Sequence record: MN695334.1
Length of the DNA: 64,000 nt
Reading direction: 5' to 3' (one strand)
Position numbers and translations under genes: made by a program. Shown piece after piece: positions 9,273-18,142 of the stretch (its first letter is position 1; every line of letters starts with the position of its first letter). The notes beneath the pieces are model-generated. The model saw only the letters and a program-made list of their open reading frames with translations. It was not told the DNA's origin and did not search any database.

Positions 9273-9832
9273 TGTCCATTGAACTTAATGATTTTATTCA
9301 TGTATATGAAAATGCTTTAGAACCAGGCATTTGTGATTTTTTAATTAATGTTTTTGACACAAATACTGAAAAACATGAAGTCATAAGAAATGATAAAAGA
9401 CCAAATTTTACCCAATTCAATTTGACTGAAAATTGTCAAATCAGTGAACAAGTTAATACAATTCATAATATTTTGATTGCAAAAGTCTTTGAATATAAGA
9501 AAAAGTATTATGAATTTGTACATGACAAATGCTTTCCTGCCATTAATAATTTTGAACAATTCAGAATTAAAAAATATAATCAAGGTGGCGAAGATTTGTT
9601 TGATACGCATGTTGATGTGTTAGACTATGATACCGCAAGACGATTTTTGTCGTTCATGTGGTATTTAAATGATGTTGATGAGGGGGGGGAAACAGTGTTT
9701 ACTGACATGCGAATTAAGCCCAAAAAAGGATCCTTATTGGTATTCCCCCCTCTGTGGTTATTTCCCCATCGGGGTGATGCTCCGATCAGCAATGCAAAAT
9801 ATATTATGAGTGTTTATCTCCACTACAAATAA
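9272..9832 (+). CDS. 2OG-Fe(II) oxygenase (prolyl-4-hydroxylase-like)
   Basis: HxD (THVD), RFLSFMWYLND..EGGETVF, FPHRG, KY. Confidence 0.88.
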   Translation: MSIELNDFIHVYENALEPGICDFLINVFDTNTEKHEVIRNDKRPNFTQFNLTENCQISEQVNTIHNILIAKVFEYKKKYYEFVHDKCFPAINNFEQFRIKKYNQGGEDLFDTHVDVLDYDTARRFLSFMWYLNDVDEGGETVFTDMRIKPKKGSLLVFPPLWLFPHRGDAPISNAKYIMSVYLHYK

Positions 9833-11199
9833 TGGAAAAAGTTGAGCTTCTAATTTTAAAAAACTTAATTTACAATGAAGAATATGTAAGAAAAATTCTA
9901 CCATACATACAATCTGATTACTTTCAAGACTATTCCCAAAAAGTCATATTTGAGGAAATACATCAGTTTTTCTCCACATATAATGAACTACCCACGAAAG
10001 AAGCAATTGAAATTGAAGTTGAAAATCGGACTGATCTAAATGAACAATCATACGCAGATTGTACTTCATTAATTTCGGATTTTGTTTATGAGCCAGTTGA
10101 GTTTAATTGGCTATGTGATACAAGTGAAAAGTGGTGTAAAGATAGAGCCATTTATTTGGCTCTTATGGAATCGATTCAAATTGCAGATGGGGGTGATCCC
10201 AATAGAACAAGAGATTCTATTCCTTCAATTCTTGAAAAGGCTCTTGCTGTTTCTTTTGATAATCATATTGGACATGATTATATTGAAGATGCAGAACTTC
10301 GTTTTGATCTATATCATAAAAAAGAACAAAAAATTCCTTTTGATATAACTTACTTTAATAAAATCACTGATGGTGGAATGTCACCCAAGACACTGAATCT
10401 GTTTGTGGCCGCTCCTGGTGTCGGTAAAAGTTTATTTTTATGTCATGTAACTTCTTCTATTTTAATAGAGAATAAAAATGTTCTATACATAACTCTTGAA
10501 ATGTCGGAAGAAAGAATTGCAGAAAGAATTGATGCAAATCTTTTGGACTACCCAGTACAAGAGCTTTCAAAAATAACAAAGGCGCAGTTTCTAAACAAAA
10601 CGGATAAGATTAGAGAAAAAACAAGAGGTAAACTAATCATCAAGGAATATCCACCTGGTGCAGTGAATTGTAATCATTTCAAGGCTTTACTCAAAGAACT
10701 TGAAATCAAAAAGAATTTTAAACCTGATGTAGTTGTAGTTGATTATCTGAATCTATGTGCATCCTCCAGGTATAAAACAAATAACACTAACACTTATGTT
10801 TATGTTAAGGCTGTAGCCGAAGAATTGAGAGCGATTGGTGTTGAATATAATATTCCTATACTTTCCGCCACACAATTCAATCGTAGTGGTGCATCAAGCA
10901 CTGAAGTTGATATGACAGACACATCAGATTCTTTTGGTATTGCATTTACTGTTGACATACTATTGGCTCTAATATCTACAGAAGAATTAGAACAAATGGG
11001 TCAAATTATGATTAAGCAATTGAAGAACAGATATGCACCACTTGATCGATATAGGAAGTTTGTGGTGGGGGTTGACAAATCTAAGATGCGAGTCTATGAT
11101 GTTGACCAGTCAGCCCAAGACGAATTAATCGAGACTAAAATAAACTCAAATAAAAATACAGACTTAAAAATTAAATTCAAATCCTTTAACTTTGATTAA
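9832..11199 (+). CDS. gp41: Replicative DNA helicase
   Basis: APGVGKSL, YITLEMSEERIAERID, IIKEYP, VVDYLN, SATQFNR, SDSFG, QLKNRY. Confidence 0.96.
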   Translation: MEKVELLILKNLIYNEEYVRKILPYIQSDYFQDYSQKVIFEEIHQFFSTYNELPTKEAIEIEVENRTDLNEQSYADCTSLISDFVYEPVEFNWLCDTSEKWCKDRAIYLALMESIQIADGGDPNRTRDSIPSILEKALAVSFDNHIGHDYIEDAELRFDLYHKKEQKIPFDITYFNKITDGGMSPKTLNLFVAAPGVGKSLFLCHVTSSILIENKNVLYITLEMSEERIAERIDANLLDYPVQELSKITKAQFLNKTDKIREKTRGKLIIKEYPPGAVNCNHFKALLKELEIKKNFKPDVVVVDYLNLCASSRYKTNNTNTYVYVKAVAEELRAIGVEYNIPILSATQFNRSGASSTEVDMTDTSDSFGIAFTVDILLALISTEELEQMGQIMIKQLKNRYAPLDRYRKFVVGVDKSKMRVYDVDQSAQDELIETKINSNKNTDLKIKFKSFNFD

Positions 11200-11202
11200 A
11201 TT

Positions 11203-11610
11203 ATGACTAATATTAATTCAACTGAATATATTGAATTCGTAAGACAAACAACCAGCCCATGTTCTTCGGACCCTGAAGAACTTATTGGTAGGATCCGTGA
11301 ACTTGAGAGTGAAGGCGTCAAATTAACGCACCTACTCACTTTTGCATTAGGTGCTTCGGCTGAAATTGGGGAAGCCGTTGAGATTGTTAAAAAGTGTTTA
11401 TTTCAGGGAAAATCTTTTAATGAGGATGCCAAGACACATTTAATAAAAGAATGTTCGGATACCTTTTGGTATTTGGCTCAGTTATGTATTGCTATGGGTG
11501 TTGATTTTGAAGATATTATGCAAATAAACTATGATAAACTCACAGCCCGTTATCCTGAGGGTCATTTTACAATAAGTCGATCAGAAAACCGAAAAGCTGG
11601 TGATATCTGA
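11203..11610 (+). CDS. mazG: MazG-like nucleotide pyrophosphohydrolase
   Basis: ALGASAEIGEAVEIVKK, HLIKECSD..WY..Q, N.DKL.ARYP. Confidence 0.9.
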   Translation: MTNINSTEYIEFVRQTTSPCSSDPEELIGRIRELESEGVKLTHLLTFALGASAEIGEAVEIVKKCLFQGKSFNEDAKTHLIKECSDTFWYLAQLCIAMGVDFEDIMQINYDKLTARYPEGHFTISRSENRKAGDI

Positions 11611-11631
11611 TAAAACATGAAATACTAAGTG

Positions 11632-11652
11632 AGCGCCTAATGGCGCTTTTTT
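11632..11652 (+). terminator. Rho-independent terminator
   Basis: AGCGCC-TAAT-GGCGCT followed by a T run. Confidence 0.8.
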
Positions 11653-11684
11653 AATAACTAAATAATTAAAATAGTTATATTGAA

Positions 11685-12305
11685 ATGTACGAATTAGTAG
11701 AATTCTTGATAGGGGAACAGTATTGCTATTCTGAAAAAGAAGCATATAAAATCATAGAAAGTGTCAGTGATGATTTCTATAACCATTTAGTGGAAGAAAG
11801 TGATGGATATTCTGATAAGGCTAAGCAGGTAAGAACATTAAATACAGAACTACAAAACCCAAGAACTTCTTCCGCTAGGCAACAAGAAATTCGTATTGCT
11901 CTAGCAAAATTAGGTAGAGAAAGAAGAATAGAAACACAGGGTCAAACTGCATTAAAAAAAATTCAAGGAAAAGAAACTAAACCGAGAGCTTCAAGTGGTA
12001 GAGCACAAACCACGGATATTGGTGTTACTAAAACAGCAGAAGCCAAAGCAAAAGCGCGAGGCATTCCCATGACTGGATCTACACTAAATACCCCAAGAGT
12101 TGCATCTGCTGCGTCCAGAGAGGCATCTAGATTGACTGGTACTACTGCAGAAGTAGGGAGAGCCGGTGGTTCTAGTCAATCTACTGGAGTTGTTAGAACT
12201 GGTAAATATTCAGATATGCAAGTTGGCGGCAGGGCAACTGCTTCTACTCCAAATCGAGGGCAATCGAGAACTGGTGTGAGATTTCCACGACAATTGGGTG
12301 AATAA
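11685..12305 (+). CDS. Late hypothetical protein with acidic N-terminus and basic remainder
   Basis: TAAATA 11659; acidic block ending LVEES, then R/K/G/S/T-rich tail. Confidence 0.6.
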   Translation: MYELVEFLIGEQYCYSEKEAYKIIESVSDDFYNHLVEESDGYSDKAKQVRTLNTELQNPRTSSARQQEIRIALAKLGRERRIETQGQTALKKIQGKETKPRASSGRAQTTDIGVTKTAEAKAKARGIPMTGSTLNTPRVASAASREASRLTGTTAEVGRAGGSSQSTGVVRTGKYSDMQVGGRATASTPNRGQSRTGVRFPRQLGE

Positions 12306-12316
12306 ATAGCAACAAA

Positions 12317-13549
12317 ATGAAAAAATATTTAGAATTTATAATTGAAGCACGGGGATCTAGAGCAGCTGAAAAAGCAGCTCAGTTTAATTTAGTGAGTGAT
12401 AATCATGGTATGTGGGTCGATAGATCAGGTAGACCAGTTGCAAAAACCGTAAAGGGTGATTTAGTATTTTTAAGAAAAAAATCACCAAAACCACAAAAAG
12501 TTGAAACACCTAAGTCTCCACCAAAACCAGCAAAAAGACAGGATCCGCCACTACAAAAAAGAGTTTCGGCTGAAAGACAGGTAAATCCACCCAAAGAAGA
12601 ACCTGGGGCACCAGAGATTGATCCCCAAAATACACTTACTGTTGTTTTTGGTAGGTTTAATCCACCAACTATAGGTCACGAAAGATTAATCAAGAAAGCA
12701 AACGAGATTGCACAGGGTAAAGATTTAAAAATATATCCATCTAGAATGTATGGTGATCCATTAAATCCTTTAGATCCACCTACAAAAATATTTTATATGA
12801 GAAAGGCATTTCCCAAATTTGCCGATAATATTATTAATGATGATGACATGAAAAGTATTTTTGATGTATTAGTGTCGGCAGAGGAGAGTGGATATAATTC
12901 TGTAAATATCGTAACCGGTATAAAAAGAAAAGCAGAAATTGATAGATTATCTAATCAATATAATGGAGAAATTTATAACTTATCTTCTATTAATGTGATT
13001 CCATTAGATAGTGAAGACCCAGACTTGGAAAATAGTCCAAATCCAACTTCGGCATCGAAGTTAAGAAAAAATGCGGTCGAAGATAATTTCTTTGATTTTC
13101 AAAAAGGACTACCTAAAAATTTGGATGATAAACAACAAAAAAGTTTATTCTTTGCTGTTCAGCGAGCACTTGAAGGCGAATTGCAAAATGAATCATGGAA
13201 ATTTGCACCTAAACTTAGTTTTAATCCTTTGAAGGAAGCATATTATCAAGAGAAAATATTTAAGACTGGTGACGTTGTAGAAAATCTTAATACTGGATTG
13301 ACTGGTAAGATTATTCGAAGAGGTCCAAATTATGTAATATGTGTAAATGAAAAATATAACATAATGTTTAAGTCTTGGATTCTTGATATCAGAGAGTGGA
13401 CGGAAGTTTCTGGTGTTCCAGCTAATCAACGAGAAGTTGGTACTGATGCATTAAGAGACTATGTGATGAAGTTGACTAAAACTGATGTCATATCAAACTT
13501 TATAAATAAGAGAAAGAAAAAGCTAAATAATAAAAAGATTCCAATATAA
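12317..13549 (+). CDS. Cytidylyltransferase-like (HxGH) nucleotidyltransferase
   Basis: VVFGRFNPPTIGHERL, SASKLR; TAAATA 12303; N-terminus MKKYLEFIIEA. Confidence 0.85.
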   Translation: MKKYLEFIIEARGSRAAEKAAQFNLVSDNHGMWVDRSGRPVAKTVKGDLVFLRKKSPKPQKVETPKSPPKPAKRQDPPLQKRVSAERQVNPPKEEPGAPEIDPQNTLTVVFGRFNPPTIGHERLIKKANEIAQGKDLKIYPSRMYGDPLNPLDPPTKIFYMRKAFPKFADNIINDDDMKSIFDVLVSAEESGYNSVNIVTGIKRKAEIDRLSNQYNGEIYNLSSINVIPLDSEDPDLENSPNPTSASKLRKNAVEDNFFDFQKGLPKNLDDKQQKSLFFAVQRALEGELQNESWKFAPKLSFNPLKEAYYQEKIFKTGDVVENLNTGLTGKIIRRGPNYVICVNEKYNIMFKSWILDIREWTEVSGVPANQREVGTDALRDYVMKLTKTDVISNFINKRKKKLNNKKIPI

Positions 13550-13553
13550 AATT

Positions 13554-14786
13554 ATGTCAGAACGTATTGTTAATGCTCTTGATGCAATGAAGCAATTGTA
13601 CCTAGAAACTATCGGTTCAAATGATTTAACTCAACAAAGAATCAATGAACAAACCGAACAAATCGAAGAATATAAAAATTCAAAATTAGATCCGGTTGGA
13701 AAAGAGGATTCTGATGTTGATAATGATGGTGATGTAGACAAATCAGATAAGTACCTAAAAAATAGAAGAAAAGTTATATCAGATAAAATTGGTAAAAAAA
13801 TTGTTGCTGAAATGAAGAGATTGGAGAATATTGAAATACCAAATACTGAGGATTTTGCTTTACACGTAAAACCACCAATAAGTGAGGCTTCACATTATCA
13901 GTGGAGAAATGATATCGGAGAGAAAGTTCTCTGGGAGATTCTTGGCACTGATGAGGAAAATGCTAAACAAGTAAAGGAAAAAAAAGTAAATAATTATGTC
14001 GGTAAAAATCCAGTAGTCAGAGTTAACCCTGAAACTAAGGCTGAGATTTCTGAAAATTATAAACTAGTTGAATCAGAGGAAATGAATGAGGAATTCATTG
14101 AAGAAGCTATTGACGTAGCCGCTAATTATCTTTGCTTGGAAGGATTATCAGAACAAGATGTTGTTGATCTTGTTGATGAATTAGGTGTGGAAGAATTTTC
14201 CGAATGGATTCTTGATATTGGTTATCAAAAAATACAAGAAGAAGCTCGACAGGGTGAATTATTGACCAAGGATCTAAAAGCAAGAAAAAATCCACAAACT
14301 ACAAATCGCCCTGGTGCTTCATCCGTAATTTCACATACACCATCAGTTAATAAGAGTGAAAAAACAAAAACTAATTCTAAAACATCACAAGGGCAGTTAA
14401 GTATTGATTATAGCCGACCAGCCAAAAAGCCTTTACCGCCTGGACAGGAAAGAATCATTAAAGCGGCTAAATCAACCGCTAAAAAAATGACATCACCCGA
14501 AACCGTAAAACCAATTCTTAGAGGTGCATTGGATACTGCTGCTAGAGCCGCTCTTTCTGGTTGGGCGGGACATAAGGCAGCAATGGCAACACAAAAGAAG
14601 GGTGGAACTGCTGGACAGGCTATCCGAAAAGGACTTGGGGCTGCAGCCTCCTCTTTCTTTAAGAAAGGCTCTGAGCATTTCAAGGAATGGGTAGATGAAC
14701 TTCTTGATGAAGGTTACGATCTTTCAGATTGGACTTGGGATGAGCTATACGAAGAATACGAAATCTTTCAAAAAAAATCTGTTTAA
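13554..14786 (+). CDS. Late hypothetical protein with acidic/basic modules
   Basis: LDPVGKEDSDVDNDGDVDKSDKYLKNRRK repeat; C-terminal WVDELLDEGYDLSDWTWDELYE module shared with ORF 1483. Confidence 0.65.
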   Translation: MSERIVNALDAMKQLYLETIGSNDLTQQRINEQTEQIEEYKNSKLDPVGKEDSDVDNDGDVDKSDKYLKNRRKVISDKIGKKIVAEMKRLENIEIPNTEDFALHVKPPISEASHYQWRNDIGEKVLWEILGTDEENAKQVKEKKVNNYVGKNPVVRVNPETKAEISENYKLVESEEMNEEFIEEAIDVAANYLCLEGLSEQDVVDLVDELGVEEFSEWILDIGYQKIQEEARQGELLTKDLKARKNPQTTNRPGASSVISHTPSVNKSEKTKTNSKTSQGQLSIDYSRPAKKPLPPGQERIIKAAKSTAKKMTSPETVKPILRGALDTAARAALSGWAGHKAAMATQKKGGTAGQAIRKGLGAAASSFFKKGSEHFKEWVDELLDEGYDLSDWTWDELYEEYEIFQKKSV

Positions 14787-14869
14787 GAAAGATAATTAAT
14801 TTATTCGAAAACTCGTTAATTCAATACAAGACTAAATAACTTTATACATTAGAAATAGGAAAAATAGCT

Positions 14870-15700
14870 ATGGCTTTATGGGGGGCAAAGGATAATATCG
14901 GTGCTAATGGCACAGTGTCACTTAACTACGCTACGCTAGTTGTTACTGGGGCTGGCACAAGTTTTGGACAAGTAGGTGCAGCTGGAACTGGTGATGTGAT
15001 TCGGTTTGGTCTACGGGCCGGGACTTATTTTGGTGATGCTGTGATTGTTGGTATTGCAAGCACCACAACCCTTTCAATTGCAAGCACCACTGGTTTAAGG
15101 GGTACTGCGATTGCTAGTACTAGTTTTACTGTAAGTCAGTTACCTAAATCTTCTATTTTAGATTCACATTACACTAAACTAGCCGGTGTTAATACTGGAT
15201 ATGATGCTCTTGTTTATGGTGCAGACGTAACAGAAACACAAGCAAGTGTAGAAACAGCATATTCATTAACACATGCTGGTTGGGTCGGAATTACCACATA
15301 TATGTGTGACGGCGTGATGCGAGTAAAGACAGAAACTCTAGTCGCAATGTCTAGCATTGAGAGTGATTCATCTGATGATCTTGTTTTACCTGATGCTGCT
15401 GTTGTCATCTTGATACAACCACAATCTATTGGTGTTGGAACTACTGGAACCGCAAGATTTAATGTAGTTGTTGAAATAATTCCATCAACTATACCACCAA
15501 CTTATCAGTGGCAATATTCTAGCACTGGAGTTGCATATACTGCTCTGACTAATAATGCTACATATTCAGGAACTACTACTGCTGGATTGGCTGTAACAAA
15601 TACTAGCTCTATATTGAATAACCATAGATATAGGGTGGTGGTTAGTGCAGCCGGTGCTACTAGTGTGACATCAGATCCTGCAATTATGACCGTTTCTTGA
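14870..15700 (+). CDS. Virion structural protein with C-terminal Ig-like domain
   Basis: TAAATA 14833; MALWG start, HAGWV, RVKTETLVAMS; C-terminal QPQS...F.V...TYQWQ...YRVVVS. Confidence 0.75.
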   Translation: MALWGAKDNIGANGTVSLNYATLVVTGAGTSFGQVGAAGTGDVIRFGLRAGTYFGDAVIVGIASTTTLSIASTTGLRGTAIASTSFTVSQLPKSSILDSHYTKLAGVNTGYDALVYGADVTETQASVETAYSLTHAGWVGITTYMCDGVMRVKTETLVAMSSIESDSSDDLVLPDAAVVILIQPQSIGVGTTGTARFNVVVEIIPSTIPPTYQWQYSSTGVAYTALTNNATYSGTTTAGLAVTNTSSILNNHRYRVVVSAAGATSVTSDPAIMTVS

Positions 15701-15708
15701 GTTTAAAA

Positions 15709-16095
15709 ATGTTTTTTGATGAACTGAGTGAAGAAAATTTTCTTTTATTTGCAATAAAGAATTACAATAATCCCCAGGGATTAACTGAAGAAGATTTTTA
15801 TAAAGATCTAAATCATTTTAAATATATCAAAAGGCATTTAAAAAAATATAAGGTTTCGGGAGAATTGAAAATACATCTTCTCCTGAAACACTTTATTATT
15901 TTATATAATATTTTTGGTGATGCAACGACCCCAATGTTATTCTTCAAGGTTCCGAATAATTTGTGGAGTTCAATGAAAACTTTCATTGTTTTTTTAAATA
16001 GACTTCCCGAATATCCAAAATGCTATATTCATGAGATTGAATTTGATTCATTTTGTATGGAAAAATTACAGGAGATCGTTAATGGAAAAGATTGA
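15709..16095 (+). CDS. Conserved T4-like hypothetical protein
   Basis: FDELSEENFLLFAIKNYNNPQ, DLNHFKYIKR, HFIILYNIFG. Confidence 0.75.
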   Translation: MFFDELSEENFLLFAIKNYNNPQGLTEEDFYKDLNHFKYIKRHLKKYKVSGELKIHLLLKHFIILYNIFGDATTPMLFFKVPNNLWSSMKTFIVFLNRLPEYPKCYIHEIEFDSFCMEKLQEIVNGKD

Positions 16096-16309
16096 TGAAA
16101 TTATAAAATTAGTAAGAGAAGAAATGACCGTAGCGAATCAACCTGGACAATCAGGTGGATTCGGTGAAAAATCACCAAGCGAAGGTCCAACCGCAGGAGT
16201 TTCACAACCAATGTTTGGTTTACCTATAAAAAGAAATGGTAAATTAGATAACAGAAACTCTTTTATTAAAAAGTACGAAACTTTATTAAAGTCTTTAGGA
16301 TTGGTTTAG
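16082..16309 (+). CDS. Hypothetical protein
   Basis: ATG overlaps the upstream gene end; 75-aa ORF. Confidence 0.6.
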   Translation: MEKIDEIIKLVREEMTVANQPGQSGGFGEKSPSEGPTAGVSQPMFGLPIKRNGKLDNRNSFIKKYETLLKSLGLV

Positions 16310-16313
16310 ATTA

Positions 16314-17063
16314 TTATTTGATATTGACTGTACCAATAATCTTACCGAAAATTCTATGTACTGGAGATGGATAAATAACCCTTCTTCTCATAATACTGGA
16401 TATTTGTGTATATAGATCTTCCATAAGATATATGTGCTCTTTTTCAATCAGTTCATCAATACGGAATAATTCGTCGGTGCAATTTGCTTGGTTTATATTT
16501 GTGTATTGAATTGACAATATAGCAATAGGTAGATTACCCACTACAACAAGACGGTTCCACATTTTCTTTATATCATTTTTTAGTAAATGATCTTTACATG
16601 ATTGAGGTAGGTCTTCTTTGTAGGTTACGCAAGTCCAATCTCCAGGATTACTGAACATCTGTTCAAGATCGTATGATATTTTACCTATTGGTAAATCTTT
16701 GATAGGATAAGCCATTCCACTGCTACCAGGAGCAGTATATGTATTAATTGTAGATAGTTTTTGTAAGTGATATCCCGCTGAATCTAGTGATCCATTATGA
16801 AAAGCTGCTAAAATCACTCTAGATGCTTTAGTGATAATTCCGATTTGAGCCAGAATGTTTGATAACTTTCTGGCCTCATCCACGGGAGTGAATATATTAT
16901 TTAATCTATCTCTAATCATAGGCCATATAACTTTAGTATAGATTCCCCAAATTATAATAGAACTTATTATAATAACATCTGTACTTATGTGTAAATTAAT
17001 GTCTGGGGCATCTTTTTTGTTATATGTGATGGGTACTTCAATGGTGGAAGATTTGTTATCCAT
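16314..17063 (-). CDS. Single-TM membrane protein with probable GAF-like domain (holin T-like architecture)
   Basis: Hydrophobic VIIISSIIIWGIYTKVIWPM, then SRVILAAFHNG...QKLS...PIAILSIQY; 249 aa, no competing + strand ORF. Confidence 0.55.
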   Translation of the reverse strand: MDNKSSTIEVPITYNKKDAPDINLHISTDVIIISSIIIWGIYTKVIWPMIRDRLNNIFTPVDEARKLSNILAQIGIITKASRVILAAFHNGSLDSAGYHLQKLSTINTYTAPGSSGMAYPIKDLPIGKISYDLEQMFSNPGDWTCVTYKEDLPQSCKDHLLKNDIKKMWNRLVVVGNLPIAILSIQYTNINQANCTDELFRIDELIEKEHIYLMEDLYTQISSIMRRRVIYPSPVHRIFGKIIGTVNIK

Positions 17064-17122
17064 TTAGTGATACAAAATTTAATATAACTATTTATTTTCT
17101 TGGTTGGCTCACCACATGGCAC

Positions 17123-17151
17123 TTGACAAGACCGACTGGATCCGGTATAGT
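17123..17151 (+). promoter_or_regulatory. Sigma70-type early promoter
   Basis: TTGACA-17 nt-TATAGT. Confidence 0.75.
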
Positions 17152-17179
17152 GGTCTGACTTAAGCCGTTATTTTGAGTA

Positions 17180-18142
17180 GTGGATTTTATTGATGAGACA
17201 TTTATTCAAAGAATATCATCTAAATTAGATAAATTTAAAAAAGTAAAGTCGGGGCTTTATAATTTTAGATGTACTTATTGTGGTGATTCAACCAAATCAA
17301 AAATTAGGGCAAGGGGATACTTATATTCTAAGAATAATAACACAAATTATAAGTGCCATAATTGTGGCATGAGTCTGTCCTTTAGTAATTTTCTAAAGGA
17401 TCTGGACCCTAATTTACATCGAGATTTTTGTATTGAAAAATATAAATCAGGATTTACTGGTAAGAATTTTGTTACCCCAGCGCCGAAATTTGATTTCGAA
17501 AAACCAACCTTTAGGGAAAAAGTTTATTTACCTAAAGCATCTGAGAATGAAAAAGCTAATGAGTATTTGATTAGAAGAAAATTAAATCCCAATCTTTTTT
17601 ATTACGCTGATAATTTTTCTAAATGGGTCAATGAAATTGCATATGAACCAAACTTAAGGGAAGAACCCAGAATTGTAATTCCTCTTTTTTATCATAAAAA
17701 ATTGATAGGAATTCAGGGGAGATCACTTGAACCTTCGGCAATCAAGTACATTACTATCATGCTTGATCCGAATGCTCCTAAAATTTATAACTACGATAAC
17801 GTAAATAAAAACAATATTGTTTATGTATTAGAGGGACCTTTTGACGCATCTTTATTGTTAAACTCAGTAGCAATGTGTGGGGCAGATATAAATTTAAAAG
17901 ATCTAAATATTCAATACCCGGTTTATGTGTATGACAACGAACCCCGAAACAAGGAAATACACACCAGAATGATTAAAGTCATAGAGAGTGGATTCCCGAT
18001 TGTCATATGGCCCGAAATAATCAAAGAAAAAGATATTAATGACATGATTTTAGCCGATCATTCAGTAAATGATATCTTGATTAAAAACACGTATAAGGGT
18101 TTAGAAGCAAACCTAAAATTTAACTTTTGGAAGAAAAAATGA
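17180..18142 (+). CDS. gp61: DNA primase
   Basis: Zn finger FRCTYCGDS...YKCHNC, IVIP, QGRSL, TOPRIM EGPFD, YDNEPRN, KDINDM. Confidence 0.95.
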   Translation: MDFIDETFIQRISSKLDKFKKVKSGLYNFRCTYCGDSTKSKIRARGYLYSKNNNTNYKCHNCGMSLSFSNFLKDLDPNLHRDFCIEKYKSGFTGKNFVTPAPKFDFEKPTFREKVYLPKASENEKANEYLIRRKLNPNLFYYADNFSKWVNEIAYEPNLREEPRIVIPLFYHKKLIGIQGRSLEPSAIKYITIMLDPNAPKIYNYDNVNKNNIVYVLEGPFDASLLLNSVAMCGADINLKDLNIQYPVYVYDNEPRNKEIHTRMIKVIESGFPIVIWPEIIKEKDINDMILADHSVNDILIKNTYKGLEANLKFNFWKKK

